Shown: in pieces, positions 1 through 7,923 of the stretch
Layout of the letters: every line of letters starts with the position of its first letter
Numbering within the stretch: position 1 is the first letter of the stretch
Notes under the pieces: generated by a model
The model's database searches: none
What the model was told of the DNA's origin: nothing
What the model saw: the letters and a program-made list of their open reading frames with translations, nothing else
Source: a virus
Taxonomy: Duplodnaviria > Heunggongvirae > Uroviricota > Caudoviricetes
Strand: one strand, 5' to 3'
IMG/VR virus record: IMGVR_UViG_2609459790_000004
DNA: 30,774 bases
Translations under genes and position numbers: made by a program

Positions 1-981
1 TCACACCGCCAACCCGCCGCCGAGAGGGTTTAACGTTACTGCGTGTTGCAGGTAATCAGGTGCAAGGTGAGCATAAACCATCGTCTGTTGTATGCTGGCG
101 TGCCCCAGAATTTGCTGTAACGCAATAATGTTCCCCCCGTTCATCATGAACCAGCTTGCAAATGTATGCCGAAGCACATGCGTGGCCTGCCCGCGTGGTA
201 AATCGGGCTTAACCTGTCTGAGCCGTTCGCAGAAGTTTTCATAGTCAACTTTGAACAGTGGCCCGGTGTCGCTGGTCTTGATCTCTTTCTCCAGTTCTTC
301 CGATATGGGAACCGTGCGCTTTTTCCCATTTTTGGTCTTAAGGAACGTCACGCGCCCGTGATTAACCTGCTCACCGCGCAGCGTGCTGCCTTCACCCCAG
401 CGTGCGCCAGTGCTGAGGCATAGCAGTGCTACGCGTCGATCGTCGCCGGTCAGAGTGTCCAGTAATTTGCTGATCTCTGATTTGGCGAGATAGGTCATAG
501 ATGGGGGCGCTTCTTTCAGTGGTTCCAGACCCTTACAGGGGTTATCCTTCCTGAACTCTTCCAGCTTTATCAACGTGCTGAACATCCCGGACAAACGGTA
601 AATATCCCGATTGATCGTTGCTGCACTGATACTGTCTTCCAGCCTTTGGCTTCGGTGCTGTGCAATCATTCGCTTGTTCAGTCGGTTAACGGCTGGATCA
701 CCCAACGCCCTGATCGTTTTATTCAGGTGCCGTTTTTCAATCTCGCCATTTTCCTGAGTCTGTCCATACAGCAGCCACCAGGTATCTAACAACTCGCTTA
801 AGGTGCGGCGGTCAACGCTCGCGCCCAGCCATTCTTTTTTGTCGGCGTTGGCTAGTACATAACGCTCAAAAAGAACTGCCTCTTGTTTCTTCTCAAATCG
901 CCTGCGGATACGTTTTCCGTTACGTCCGCGCGGCCATACGTCCACTTCATATTGACCACCTTCGAGCTTCTTAATCGACAT
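1..981 (-). CDS. int: tyrosine integrase (P2 Int-like)
   Basis: 326-aa ORF, ATG at 981 with GGAGGG RBS; N-terminus MSIKKLEGGQYEVDVWPRGRNGKRIRRRF and C-terminal HxxRHT..Y catalytic region typical of P2-family integrases; stop codon is at window position 1-3. Confidence 0.9.
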   Translation of the reverse strand: MSIKKLEGGQYEVDVWPRGRNGKRIRRRFEKKQEAVLFERYVLANADKKEWLGASVDRRTLSELLDTWWLLYGQTQENGEIEKRHLNKTIRALGDPAVNRLNKRMIAQHRSQRLEDSISAATINRDIYRLSGMFSTLIKLEEFRKDNPCKGLEPLKEAPPSMTYLAKSEISKLLDTLTGDDRRVALLCLSTGARWGEGSTLRGEQVNHGRVTFLKTKNGKKRTVPISEELEKEIKTSDTGPLFKVDYENFCERLRQVKPDLPRGQATHVLRHTFASWFMMNGGNIIALQQILGHASIQQTMVYAHLAPDYLQHAVTLNPLGGGLAV

Positions 982-1050
982 AAGAAAGCCCTCCGGCGTT
1001 TATTTCCCCATCCTGATAACAGATAGTGAAAATGTAATGTTTATAAACAG

Positions 1051-1371
1051 TTAACCAGTTTGTTTCTCGGAGCGGTCTGATCCAGTTGACTCTGGCCCAA
1101 TGTGTGCGAGGGCCGGTGCGATTTGACCAGCTTGAGGGGCGGTCTTATCAGTCATAAGCCAGAGCGTGTATTTTGCGAAACGTGAATGCTGAGTGATCTT
1201 AAGCAAGATATCGCTACCAATACTCTCCACTCTTCCTGTCTCGTAATACTTCTGCGTGCCAGCAGGTATTCCAGTTAATTCAAAGAATTGCTGCCTTGTT
1301 AACCCCTCCGCATCCCTGATAGCTCTGATTTTTTCACCCACGCCGCTTGACGGGGTAGGGATCTCTACCAT
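1051..1371 (-). CDS. C: immunity repressor C (P2 C-like)
   Basis: Translation has TRQQ..LTG..YYE.GR and KYTLW..GQIAPALAH motifs shared with P2 C; ATG at 1371 has an AAGGAG RBS 6 nt upstream; track ORF extends to TTG 1410 and a second ATG lies at 1404. Confidence 0.8.
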   Translation of the reverse strand: MVEIPTPSSGVGEKIRAIRDAEGLTRQQFFELTGIPAGTQKYYETGRVESIGSDILLKITQHSRFAKYTLWLMTDKTAPQAGQIAPALAHIGPESTGSDRSEKQTG

Positions 1372-1404
1372 AACATTCTCCTTAAGGGTGGTAATCTCTA
1401 CCAT
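1347..1404 (+). promoter_or_regulatory. candidate early promoter Pe (TTGACG-N18-TAACAT, 1347-1376) overlapped by two 11-bp direct repeats ATCTCTACCAT (1361-1371 and 1394-1404), a candidate C operator
   Basis: Hexamers and repeats read directly from sequence; the face-to-face Pe/Pc layout with direct-repeat operators is known for P2-family immunity regions. Not experimentally anchored. Confidence 0.3.
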
Positions 1405-1471
1405 GAGCAACCGCCAATATAAGCAGTTACAAGCCGAAATAAGCGCCTAGCGCCGATGGGGATTATGACAC

Positions 1472-1753
1472 ATGACAGAGAAAGAGTTAGAGGGGTTCAT
1501 TGAAGTGCGTCACGCCGTTGACGCGGTTCCATACCCTAAATTTGCCGAGTTAATCGGTAAGAAGCCCGCCACGGTTAAGAGCATGATTGAAGACGGTAAG
1601 TTGCCGATCATCCCGTGGAAGAACCCGGACAGCCTGGGCGCCCGTGCTGAGAACTGGATCTATATTCCTGAGTTCAACCGCGCAATGCGTGACGCCTACT
1701 ACAACCGTCCGAGAGAGCAGCGCGACGCTTGGTTGCTGTGGATCGGTCTTTGA
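1472..1753 (+). CDS. cox: Cox-like excisionase / early transcriptional regulator
   Basis: 93-aa ORF divergent from C; FAELIGK..GKLP..W..P and DAWLLWIGL motifs resemble P2 Cox. Confidence 0.8.
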   Translation: MTEKELEGFIEVRHAVDAVPYPKFAELIGKKPATVKSMIEDGKLPIIPWKNPDSLGARAENWIYIPEFNRAMRDAYYNRPREQRDAWLLWIGL

Positions 1754-1763
1754 GGTTATCGCG

Positions 1764-1967
1764 ATGAGCCAGAAAACAGCCAACCACGAAAACCGGGTGC
1801 GTGAATGCAACGACATTCTGGACACCCATTTAAAAGATATGCAAACGGGCTTCATGATTCGCACCAATAGCGGCGAGTTTATGATCAGGGATAAAAAGCT
1901 GATTAAGAAAATAACCAAAGACGTGGCCCGCCATGTTGATGGTGAATTGCTTAAATTGGGAATGTGA
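1764..1967 (+). CDS. hypothetical early protein (67 aa)
   Basis: ATG at 1764 with GAGG RBS 8 nt upstream, immediately after cox stop; in frame with track ORF 1587..1967. Confidence 0.5.
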   Translation: MSQKTANHENRVRECNDILDTHLKDMQTGFMIRTNSGEFMIRDKKLIKKITKDVARHVDGELLKLGM

Positions 1968-1977
1968 GGGGGCTTTT

Positions 1978-2184
1978 GTGGCTGTGCAATTAATACAGTT
2001 AAGTCGTCATTCATATTTATATCGTGGCTTCACTATTCAGAAATGCCCGCGTAATCCTTTTACGTTTAAGCACTCTTATCGTATTTCCAGCAATGGCGAT
2101 TATTATGGGCGTGACTTTGCTTTAGCGGAAGCCATGCGCACGGTTGATCAGATGTATAAGCAAGGGGGCAGTAATGCACGATGA
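1978..2184 (+). CDS. hypothetical early protein (start uncertain: GTG 1978 with GAGGGGG RBS, or ATG 1933)
   Basis: Track ORF 1933..2184; stop overlaps start of next ORF (ATGcacgaTGA). Confidence 0.4.
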   Translation: MAVQLIQLSRHSYLYRGFTIQKCPRNPFTFKHSYRISSNGDYYGRDFALAEAMRTVDQMYKQGGSNAR

Positions 2185-2404
2185 AGGCCCATCACTGGCA
2201 AGCCTGCTTAAGCACGGGTGCCAGGTTACACACTTCAAAAACTCACGCGGCTGGCTGGAAACACCAGACGGAAGATTTTTTAAGCCCGAACCGGCGAAGG
2301 TTCAGTTTATCAAAGGTAAAAATAAACCATTTATTTATACCCAAAGAATAAATAAAGACTTCCTGCTTACACTGGCTGAATTATTTAAAAAGCTAATTAA
2401 GTAA
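2174..2404 (+). CDS. hypothetical early protein (76 aa)
   Basis: ATG 2174 with AGGGGG RBS; in frame with track ORF 2144..2404; AT-rich 3' half. Confidence 0.45.
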   Translation: MHDEGPSLASLLKHGCQVTHFKNSRGWLETPDGRFFKPEPAKVQFIKGKNKPFIYTQRINKDFLLTLAELFKKLIK

Positions 2405-2490
2405 TTCGGTTTTAAAAAATCAACTCTGTTTTCTCCGCCTCTTTATCAAGTGGCGGCGGTTCAACTCATTCTTTTTTTGAGGAAGAGATT

Positions 2491-2703
2491 ATGACCAGAC
2501 GTGATCAATATAGCTTCATTTTGCATGTTCTTTTACCTGCTATCGAAAATGAAGGCTTAACCATTAAAACCCGCCGTGATGGTGAGTTAACCCTTTCTGC
2601 CACTGGATCAGTAACCACAAATTTTATCAGCACCCTGCGCCAGCACTGCATTGAAGAATTGCAGCGCCCTTCTATTCCAGCTTCCCATTACGGAGTCCTG
2701 TAA
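2491..2703 (+). CDS. hypothetical early protein (70 aa)
   Basis: ATG 2491 preceded by GAGGAAG RBS; stop TAA 2701-2703 abuts the Dam start. Confidence 0.55.
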   Translation: MTRRDQYSFILHVLLPAIENEGLTIKTRRDGELTLSATGSVTTNFISTLRQHCIEELQRPSIPASHYGVL

Positions 2704-2704
2704 A

Positions 2705-3676
2705 ATGATCCGCCCGTTCATCAAATGGGCAGGGGGTAAAACCCGTGTCCTCCCTGACCTGCTGCCGCATCTTCCTAAAGCCGACTGCCTGATCGAACCG
2801 TTCGTAGGCGGCGCATCGGTATTTCTGGCGACTGAATACCGCCGCTATGTGCTGGCTGATATCAACCCGGATCTTATTAACCTGTATCGGGAAGTCACCC
2901 GTTACCCGGACTTAGTGATCGATGCGGCCCGCGAACTGTTCAACAGCAAGAATAGCCCGCAGGGGTACAACGAAGTCCGAGCCGCGTTCAATAAGCAGGT
3001 AGGTACGGTAAAAAGCGGTGGGTTGCGTTATGGCGTAGAAATGGCGTGCATCATGCGCGCTGCTCAATTCCTGTATCTGAATCGCCACGGTTATAACGGC
3101 TTATGCCGCTACAGTCGTAAGACCGGCTTTAACGTGCCGTTTGGCAAGTATAAGAGCGTCTACTTTCCTGAAAATGAAATCCGCCTGTTTGCAGAAAAGG
3201 CCAACAATACAAAGGCAATATTTCTTTGCGCGCCGTTCCAGCGTTCTCTACAGGTCGTCACGGGTGGCGATGTTCTCGTTTACTGCGATCCGCCTTACCT
3301 GCCTGAAGGCAAAACAGCCGATTTTACCAAATACCACACCGAACCATTCACGGAAGACAACCACCGCCAGTTAGTCCAGGCACTGCTGGAAGTTAACCGT
3401 AAGCATGGCGTGAAGGTCGTCATTTCCAACAGCGACACCGAAGCCACCCGCGCGATTTATCAGCCCTTCAAGATGCACGAAATCAGCGTGCAACGTTCCA
3501 TCAGCACCGACAAAGACAACCGCCAGAAGGCCAAAGAAGTGATCGGCGTGCTGCCTGTCTGCGACTGCTGCGGGCGTTACGGCGGCGGTTGCCCTGATTG
3601 TGGCGCCGTGATGGGTGATGCGACTTACAACGCGATGGTTGCGGCGGGCACGTCTGACGATCTGGAGGCTTTTTAA
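2705..3676 (+). CDS. dam: orphan DNA adenine (N6) methyltransferase, Dam family, with Cys-rich C-terminal tail
   Basis: FIKWAGGK, EPFVGGASVF, LYLNRHGYNGLCRY and DPPY motifs match the Dam family; preferred start ATG 2705 (RBS ACGGAG) rather than track start 2651, which overlaps the upstream ORF. Confidence 0.9.
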   Translation: MIRPFIKWAGGKTRVLPDLLPHLPKADCLIEPFVGGASVFLATEYRRYVLADINPDLINLYREVTRYPDLVIDAARELFNSKNSPQGYNEVRAAFNKQVGTVKSGGLRYGVEMACIMRAAQFLYLNRHGYNGLCRYSRKTGFNVPFGKYKSVYFPENEIRLFAEKANNTKAIFLCAPFQRSLQVVTGGDVLVYCDPPYLPEGKTADFTKYHTEPFTEDNHRQLVQALLEVNRKHGVKVVISNSDTEATRAIYQPFKMHEISVQRSISTDKDNRQKAKEVIGVLPVCDCCGRYGGGCPDCGAVMGDATYNAMVAAGTSDDLEAF

Positions 3677-3855
3677 TGAATCTTATAGACGCCTGGATCG
3701 TTGAAATCATAAGCGTGAGTCGTGGCGAGATTGCGCCGTATTGGTTGGTTGAGGCGAAAGTAACAGCTTATGGAAGGGAGTCAATAACCACAATTCTGAA
3801 GAAATCAGAAGAGGAAGCCAAAGCCGTTAAAGTAGGGGATGTAGTTCAAATATGA
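3676..3855 (+). CDS. hypothetical 59-aa protein translationally coupled between dam and A
   Basis: Hand translation MNLIDAWIVEIISVSRGEIAPYWLVEAKVTAYGRESITTILKKSEEEAKAVKVGDVVQI; start overlaps Dam stop (TAATG), stop overlaps A start (ATGA); GGAGGC RBS. Below the 60-aa cutoff of the ORF track. Confidence 0.5.
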   Translation: MNLIDAWIVEIISVSRGEIAPYWLVEAKVTAYGRESITTILKKSEEEAKAVKVGDVVQI

Positions 3856-6209
3856 CCACGGAAACCCGTGGCCGTCGCGCCCCTTCTCCACCTCCACCGT
3901 ATCCGGGTAGCACTGACAATGCTATCCCTTACGCTTATGGGGGAAACAGACCATACCAGCCTATTGGCTTTGATGTAGCGCCGGGGCTGGATGGTTTCGA
4001 CTATCTCACGCCGGACGGCACGCGTAAGCATATTGCGTTCAGTGAACTGGTAGCGGAAGACGAAAAGCCGGAGCGCAGCAAGCTGCTGCGTCGCCGTCTG
4101 GCTTCACTTCCGCAGTATATCCGCCGCCACTTTGCCGCGAAGCTGGATGCACTGGAAGCGAAAGACCGCAAAGCGGCAGATCACTGGCTGGTTAATACCT
4201 TTGAGCGCCACGTATTAACGCGAATTGATAGCGTGAACAGTGTTTACCAGCCTGACACTATGATGCCCGGCATTCTGCTGCCAATCCGCGATCAGCTGTT
4301 CCGTATGCTCTGGGCAGGGAAGAAAGAGTTAAAAAGACTGGCTTATACGCTTGCCGATATCTTTACGAGCGAGTTTATACGCGAGTCCGATCACCAATTG
4401 GCACGCACCGGAGATCCTGAGTTCGCGGCGCTTTCTGGCTATGGCCGTATTGCGTCGCTGGCGGTGCATCTGAAAACGCCGATCCCCGGCTGGAGGGCGT
4501 ATTGCAATGAAGAACTGGAAGCGGAGGACGCGTTACGCGCGGTTCTTCGCCTTGAGTCACCGCAGTGGTGGTTAAACCGCCTGCGCCGTATCCATGCCCG
4601 GTGGCGTGAGCATTTGATGATCGCAGCGGGATACGTCCAGAAAAAATCTTCCCCATACAGTAGCGCCCCGTGCCTTACGGAATGGCTGGCCCAGAAAAAG
4701 GCTAACCGTGAATACCTCAAGGCTATGGAACTGGAAGATCAGGATACGGGCGAGCGCATTTCACTGATCGATAAAGTCGCTGGCAGTGTTGCCAATCCGG
4801 CCAACCGTCGCCGCGAACTCATGACGAGAATGCGCGGATTTGAAGATCTGGCGAAGCTGGAAGGGCTGGCCGGTGACTTCTACACGCTGACAGCACCTTC
4901 CCGTTACCACTCCATGCAGCATAACGGGCGCCGCAATAATAAATACTGTGGCGCGTCGCCGCGCGAGACGCAGCAATATCTTTGCAAAGTCTGGGCAAGA
5001 ACCCGCGCAGCGTGGAAGAGAAAAGGGATCCGCGTCTTTGGTTTCCGAGTGGTCGAACCGCACCACGATGCAACGCCACACTGGCATTTACTTCTTTTTA
5101 TGCGCCCCGAATGCGTCGAACAGGCGCGCGAAATCTTCCGTAAATATGCCCTGAAAGAAGACGGCAACGAACCGGGAGCGCAGGAAAACCGCTTTCAGGT
5201 TGTGCCGATCGACGATGCCCACGGCAGCGCAACCGGCTACATAGCGAAATACATTTCGAAGAATATCGACGGCTTCGCGCTGGATGGTGAGAAGGACGAC
5301 GAAACCGGGGAAGACCTGAAAGAAATGTCACTCCGCGTTAGCGCGTGGGCATCGCGCTGGGCTATTCGCCAGTTTCAGCAGATCGGCGGTGCGCCGGTCA
5401 CGGTATATCGGGAACTTCGCCGCCTGGGCGATCGCGAACTGGTGTTACACCCTGAACTGGAAACCGCCCGGCAGGCCGCTAACGGTGGCGAATGGGATAA
5501 CTACGTATTAGCCCAGGGTGGCCCGTTGGTTGAGCGCGATAAGCTGCGCATCCGTCTGAACTATGAAACCACTGAAAACGGTAACGCCTACGGCGATAAC
5601 GTCCAGCGAATCACTGGTATTTACTGCCCGATTACGGGCAATGACTCTTTGATCTTCACCCGCACCACTCAATACAAAATCGTGCCGAAGCGCCAGAGCG
5701 CTGACGGTGTGGCCGTTGACGTTGGTTTTTCAGGCGGCAACGCCGCCCCTCGGAGTTCTGTCAATAACTGTACGCGGGATCCCGCGACAGGTGCAGACGG
5801 TCTTGAACATGCCGATCACGAAGTGGGCGAGACGGTGAATTTTGATGCGCTTTCACGGCAGGAAAAGCGAGAACTGGCGCAGCGGCTTAGTGACGATGTG
5901 CGAAGTAAGCGTAAAAAACAGCCATCGGAACGGGAAGAGAGGGCCGGGCTATCCGTGAAAGAGCAGCAGATCAGTGAACTGCTGGCGCTGCGTGGGATTG
6001 ATGCCAGCGCCGGAATAGTCAGATCGATGATGGCTGGTGCGTCAGTGGCGTGCGGCGATCTTGTTATGACCGTACAAAATGGGCGGCTGGTATCGCGCAA
6101 CCGTGCAGCGTCGGGGCTGGATAAGCTGCCGTCGCAGGTAATGGCTGCGAAGAAAAAGACCAGTGACCTCGTGAACAGGATGAAGGCTGCGTTTTCGGGA
6201 CGGAAGTAG
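3852..6209 (+). CDS. A: rolling-circle replication initiation endonuclease (P2 gpA-like)
   Basis: 785-aa ORF with HWH..L and YIAKYISK motifs typical of P2 A-family initiators; position after the early operon. Confidence 0.9.
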   Translation: MTTETRGRRAPSPPPPYPGSTDNAIPYAYGGNRPYQPIGFDVAPGLDGFDYLTPDGTRKHIAFSELVAEDEKPERSKLLRRRLASLPQYIRRHFAAKLDALEAKDRKAADHWLVNTFERHVLTRIDSVNSVYQPDTMMPGILLPIRDQLFRMLWAGKKELKRLAYTLADIFTSEFIRESDHQLARTGDPEFAALSGYGRIASLAVHLKTPIPGWRAYCNEELEAEDALRAVLRLESPQWWLNRLRRIHARWREHLMIAAGYVQKKSSPYSSAPCLTEWLAQKKANREYLKAMELEDQDTGERISLIDKVAGSVANPANRRRELMTRMRGFEDLAKLEGLAGDFYTLTAPSRYHSMQHNGRRNNKYCGASPRETQQYLCKVWARTRAAWKRKGIRVFGFRVVEPHHDATPHWHLLLFMRPECVEQAREIFRKYALKEDGNEPGAQENRFQVVPIDDAHGSATGYIAKYISKNIDGFALDGEKDDETGEDLKEMSLRVSAWASRWAIRQFQQIGGAPVTVYRELRRLGDRELVLHPELETARQAANGGEWDNYVLAQGGPLVERDKLRIRLNYETTENGNAYGDNVQRITGIYCPITGNDSLIFTRTTQYKIVPKRQSADGVAVDVGFSGGNAAPRSSVNNCTRDPATGADGLEHADHEVGETVNFDALSRQEKRELAQRLSDDVRSKRKKQPSEREERAGLSVKEQQISELLALRGIDASAGIVRSMMAGASVACGDLVMTVQNGRLVSRNRAASGLDKLPSQVMAAKKKTSDLVNRMKAAFSGRK

Positions 6210-6261
6210 GGCGCCGATCGTCTATATTCTGATCGTCGATTAAACCAACGAGGTGATAGAT

Positions 6262-6516
6262 ATGGCAATTGAAGGACAACTCACAATGGAAGCCAGAAAA
6301 GCCCGGCCAGAAGCTAGCGTGCGATTTGAAAGGAACGGGCAGATTTTAACGATGTTCTGGGATTGGGAATATAAGGGCCAAAAGCTGAGTTACAGCAGGG
6401 CGGAACTGCGCCAGGACTATGAAAAAGATCCAGAAATGGTTGGGGCGGTTGTCGATTTTTGTGTGATCCAAATGGGTATTTTGGAAAAAGGAATTGACGA
6501 CGCCGCGCCGCGTTGA
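6262..6516 (+). CDS. hypothetical small protein (84 aa) between A and cos
   Basis: ATG 6262 with AGGTGA RBS; soluble, no recognisable motif; occupies the position of the P2 orf91/tin/old accessory locus. Confidence 0.5.
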   Translation: MAIEGQLTMEARKARPEASVRFERNGQILTMFWDWEYKGQKLSYSRAELRQDYEKDPEMVGAVVDFCVIQMGILEKGIDDAAPR

Positions 6517-6644
6517 AAATCAGTGCAAAATTTCGCGCAAAACCGCACAAATTTTATGATGGTGATTTTTCAGGAGCAGACCAGACGGGGCGGGCCTTCA
6601 GCTGGTCTGCACATTTGCACAAAAACGCGGGGTTTCTGCGTGCG

Positions 6645-6663
6645 GGCGAGGCGGGGGAATGAG
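6645..6663. other. candidate cos (cohesive end) site
   Basis: GGCGAGGCGGGGGAATGAG resembles the P2 cos cohesive-end sequence recalled from memory (GGCGAGGCGGGGAAAGCAC); lies in a GC-rich non-coding stretch between A-side genes and Q, as in P2. Confidence 0.5.
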
Positions 6664-6774
6664 CGCGCGCTGAGGGGTGGGATAGGGTCGGTATTATCTG
6701 CGCCGATTTTCGCGCCGTTGCGCCTCGCTGCTGCGTCGTTTTCGGTTCGCCGTGGTGGTTTGAGGCAAAAGAAA

Positions 6775-6792
6775 AGCCCATGCCAGCGGGCT
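6775..6792 (-). terminator. candidate intrinsic terminator for the leftward P-Q operon
   Basis: 5-bp stem AGCCC/GGGCT with 8-nt loop; on the minus strand it is followed by a U-rich run (CUUUUCUUUUG); ~80 nt downstream of Q stop. Confidence 0.35.
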
Positions 6793-6873
6793 GCTGAGGG
6801 GCTTATGTGCGGTGTGGTCAGTTGCGGCCGTGCTGGCCGCTCCACGGTGGTGGTGGGTGTGTCTGGGCTGGCG

Positions 6874-7923
6874 TCAGATCGCTGCCTGCAATAGTGCGTA
6901 AGGGTTGAAGCGCACCACGTCGATCCCCAGCCAGTCGTTTAACTCTTTCAGGCTTTCTTGTATCGGGGCCAGTTCGTTGATGGAAAACACCTTCGCCGCT
7001 TTCTCTACGTCGCCGAAGCCACCGGAGTTATTAGGCATTACCCCCATCAGAACGGGCGGCACACGGTGCGCGGCTAGCAGGTCGTCGCGGGTGGCGTCTT
7101 TGATGCCGGTAAACTCATCCTTCGCCGCCACCTGGCTGAACGGCATAATTTGCAGGCCGTCTTTTTTCCCGCCCGCCGCGTAGACAAACAGGTTTTTAAA
7201 AGCACCGTTGCCGCGTGCATCTTTCAGCGACTTCTTAAGCTTTTCCACATCGTTATTATTCGCTACCGGGTCAGTGAGGTAGACGATCACCCCCGCATGA
7301 CTGCCGTTAATGTAGTAGTTGCGGCGAAATACCGTTGCTTCACCGTTCAGCATGGCGCTTTGTAGCGCGGCCAGATATTCCGGCGCGCCGTAGATCTCCT
7401 GGTGCGGGCTGGGGTTCTTGATCTGGCAGACGCTGCCTGGTTCGAACGCGTGATCGTCAACGTAGCGCGGAACAAACCAGAATTGCGCCGGGTCTATGCC
7501 GCGCCGCGTATATTTTGCCTGGCTGTGCCGCAGCTCGATCGGCTGGCCGAGTCGGTTGCGGCGGCATTCCATGTAACAGTTACCGAAAATTAAATAATCC
7601 TGCACCCAGGCGGTGAACTCCTGCCGGGTCAATAGCGGGTGTGGTATGTAGCAACTGGCGATAACATTGCGTTTAAATATCAGCGGTGACTGGTGATAGG
7701 CGGCAACGTCGAACATGCGTGCAAGCCCGTAGGGGCTGATCGGTGGTTCATACCAGCGGCCATTGTTATGGCATTCGAGGCACTCCATAAGAGACGCGCG
7801 ATCGTTGACTGCGATCGGGTCGCCAAAGCTGAAAGATTCCACGCTTTCCAGCGGGGTGGCTGCGTTGCTGGCCGTGCTGGCTGGCGCAGCAGTTGGCGCC
7901 CTGAATTTCTTTTTGCCGCTCAA
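6874..7923 (-). CDS. Q: portal protein (P2 gpQ-like)
   Basis: 349-aa ORF adjacent to terminase; length and position match P2 Q; apparent TTG start immediately after P stop with GGAGGA RBS inside P. Confidence 0.85.
   Translation of the reverse strand: MSGKKKFRAPTAAPASTASNAATPLESVESFSFGDPIAVNDRASLMECLECHNNGRWYEPPISPYGLARMFDVAAYHQSPLIFKRNVIASCYIPHPLLTRQEFTAWVQDYLIFGNCYMECRRNRLGQPIELRHSQAKYTRRGIDPAQFWFVPRYVDDHAFEPGSVCQIKNPSPHQEIYGAPEYLAALQSAMLNGEATVFRRNYYINGSHAGVIVYLTDPVANNNDVEKLKKSLKDARGNGAFKNLFVYAAGGKKDGLQIMPFSQVAAKDEFTGIKDATRDDLLAAHRVPPVLMGVMPNNSGGFGDVEKAAKVFSINELAPIQESLKELNDWLGIDVVRFNPYALLQAAI

Noticed and set aside
2651-2704. Upstream ATG 2651 as the Dam start
   Set aside because: Would overlap the preceding ORF by 53 nt and add a non-conserved leader; ATG 2705 follows the upstream stop, has an RBS and begins at the conserved FIKWAGGK region.
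4375-5331. Several 68-108-aa ORFs on both strands inside gene A
   Set aside because: Fully embedded in or antisense to the 785-aa A ORF, Arg/Ser/Cys-rich junk composition, no RBS; treated as spurious.
6523-6894. ORFs of 75-123 aa on both strands in the A-Q intergenic region
   Set aside because: Region is GC-rich non-coding DNA carrying the cos-like sequence and hairpins; no RBS and implausible composition.
7861-7885. GCTGGCCGTGCTGGCTGG inside the Q 5' coding region as a third copy of the hairpin element
   Set aside because: Only the 12-14-bp core matches and it lies in a low-complexity Ala/Ser/Thr-coding stretch; noted as a partial match but not called as an element.
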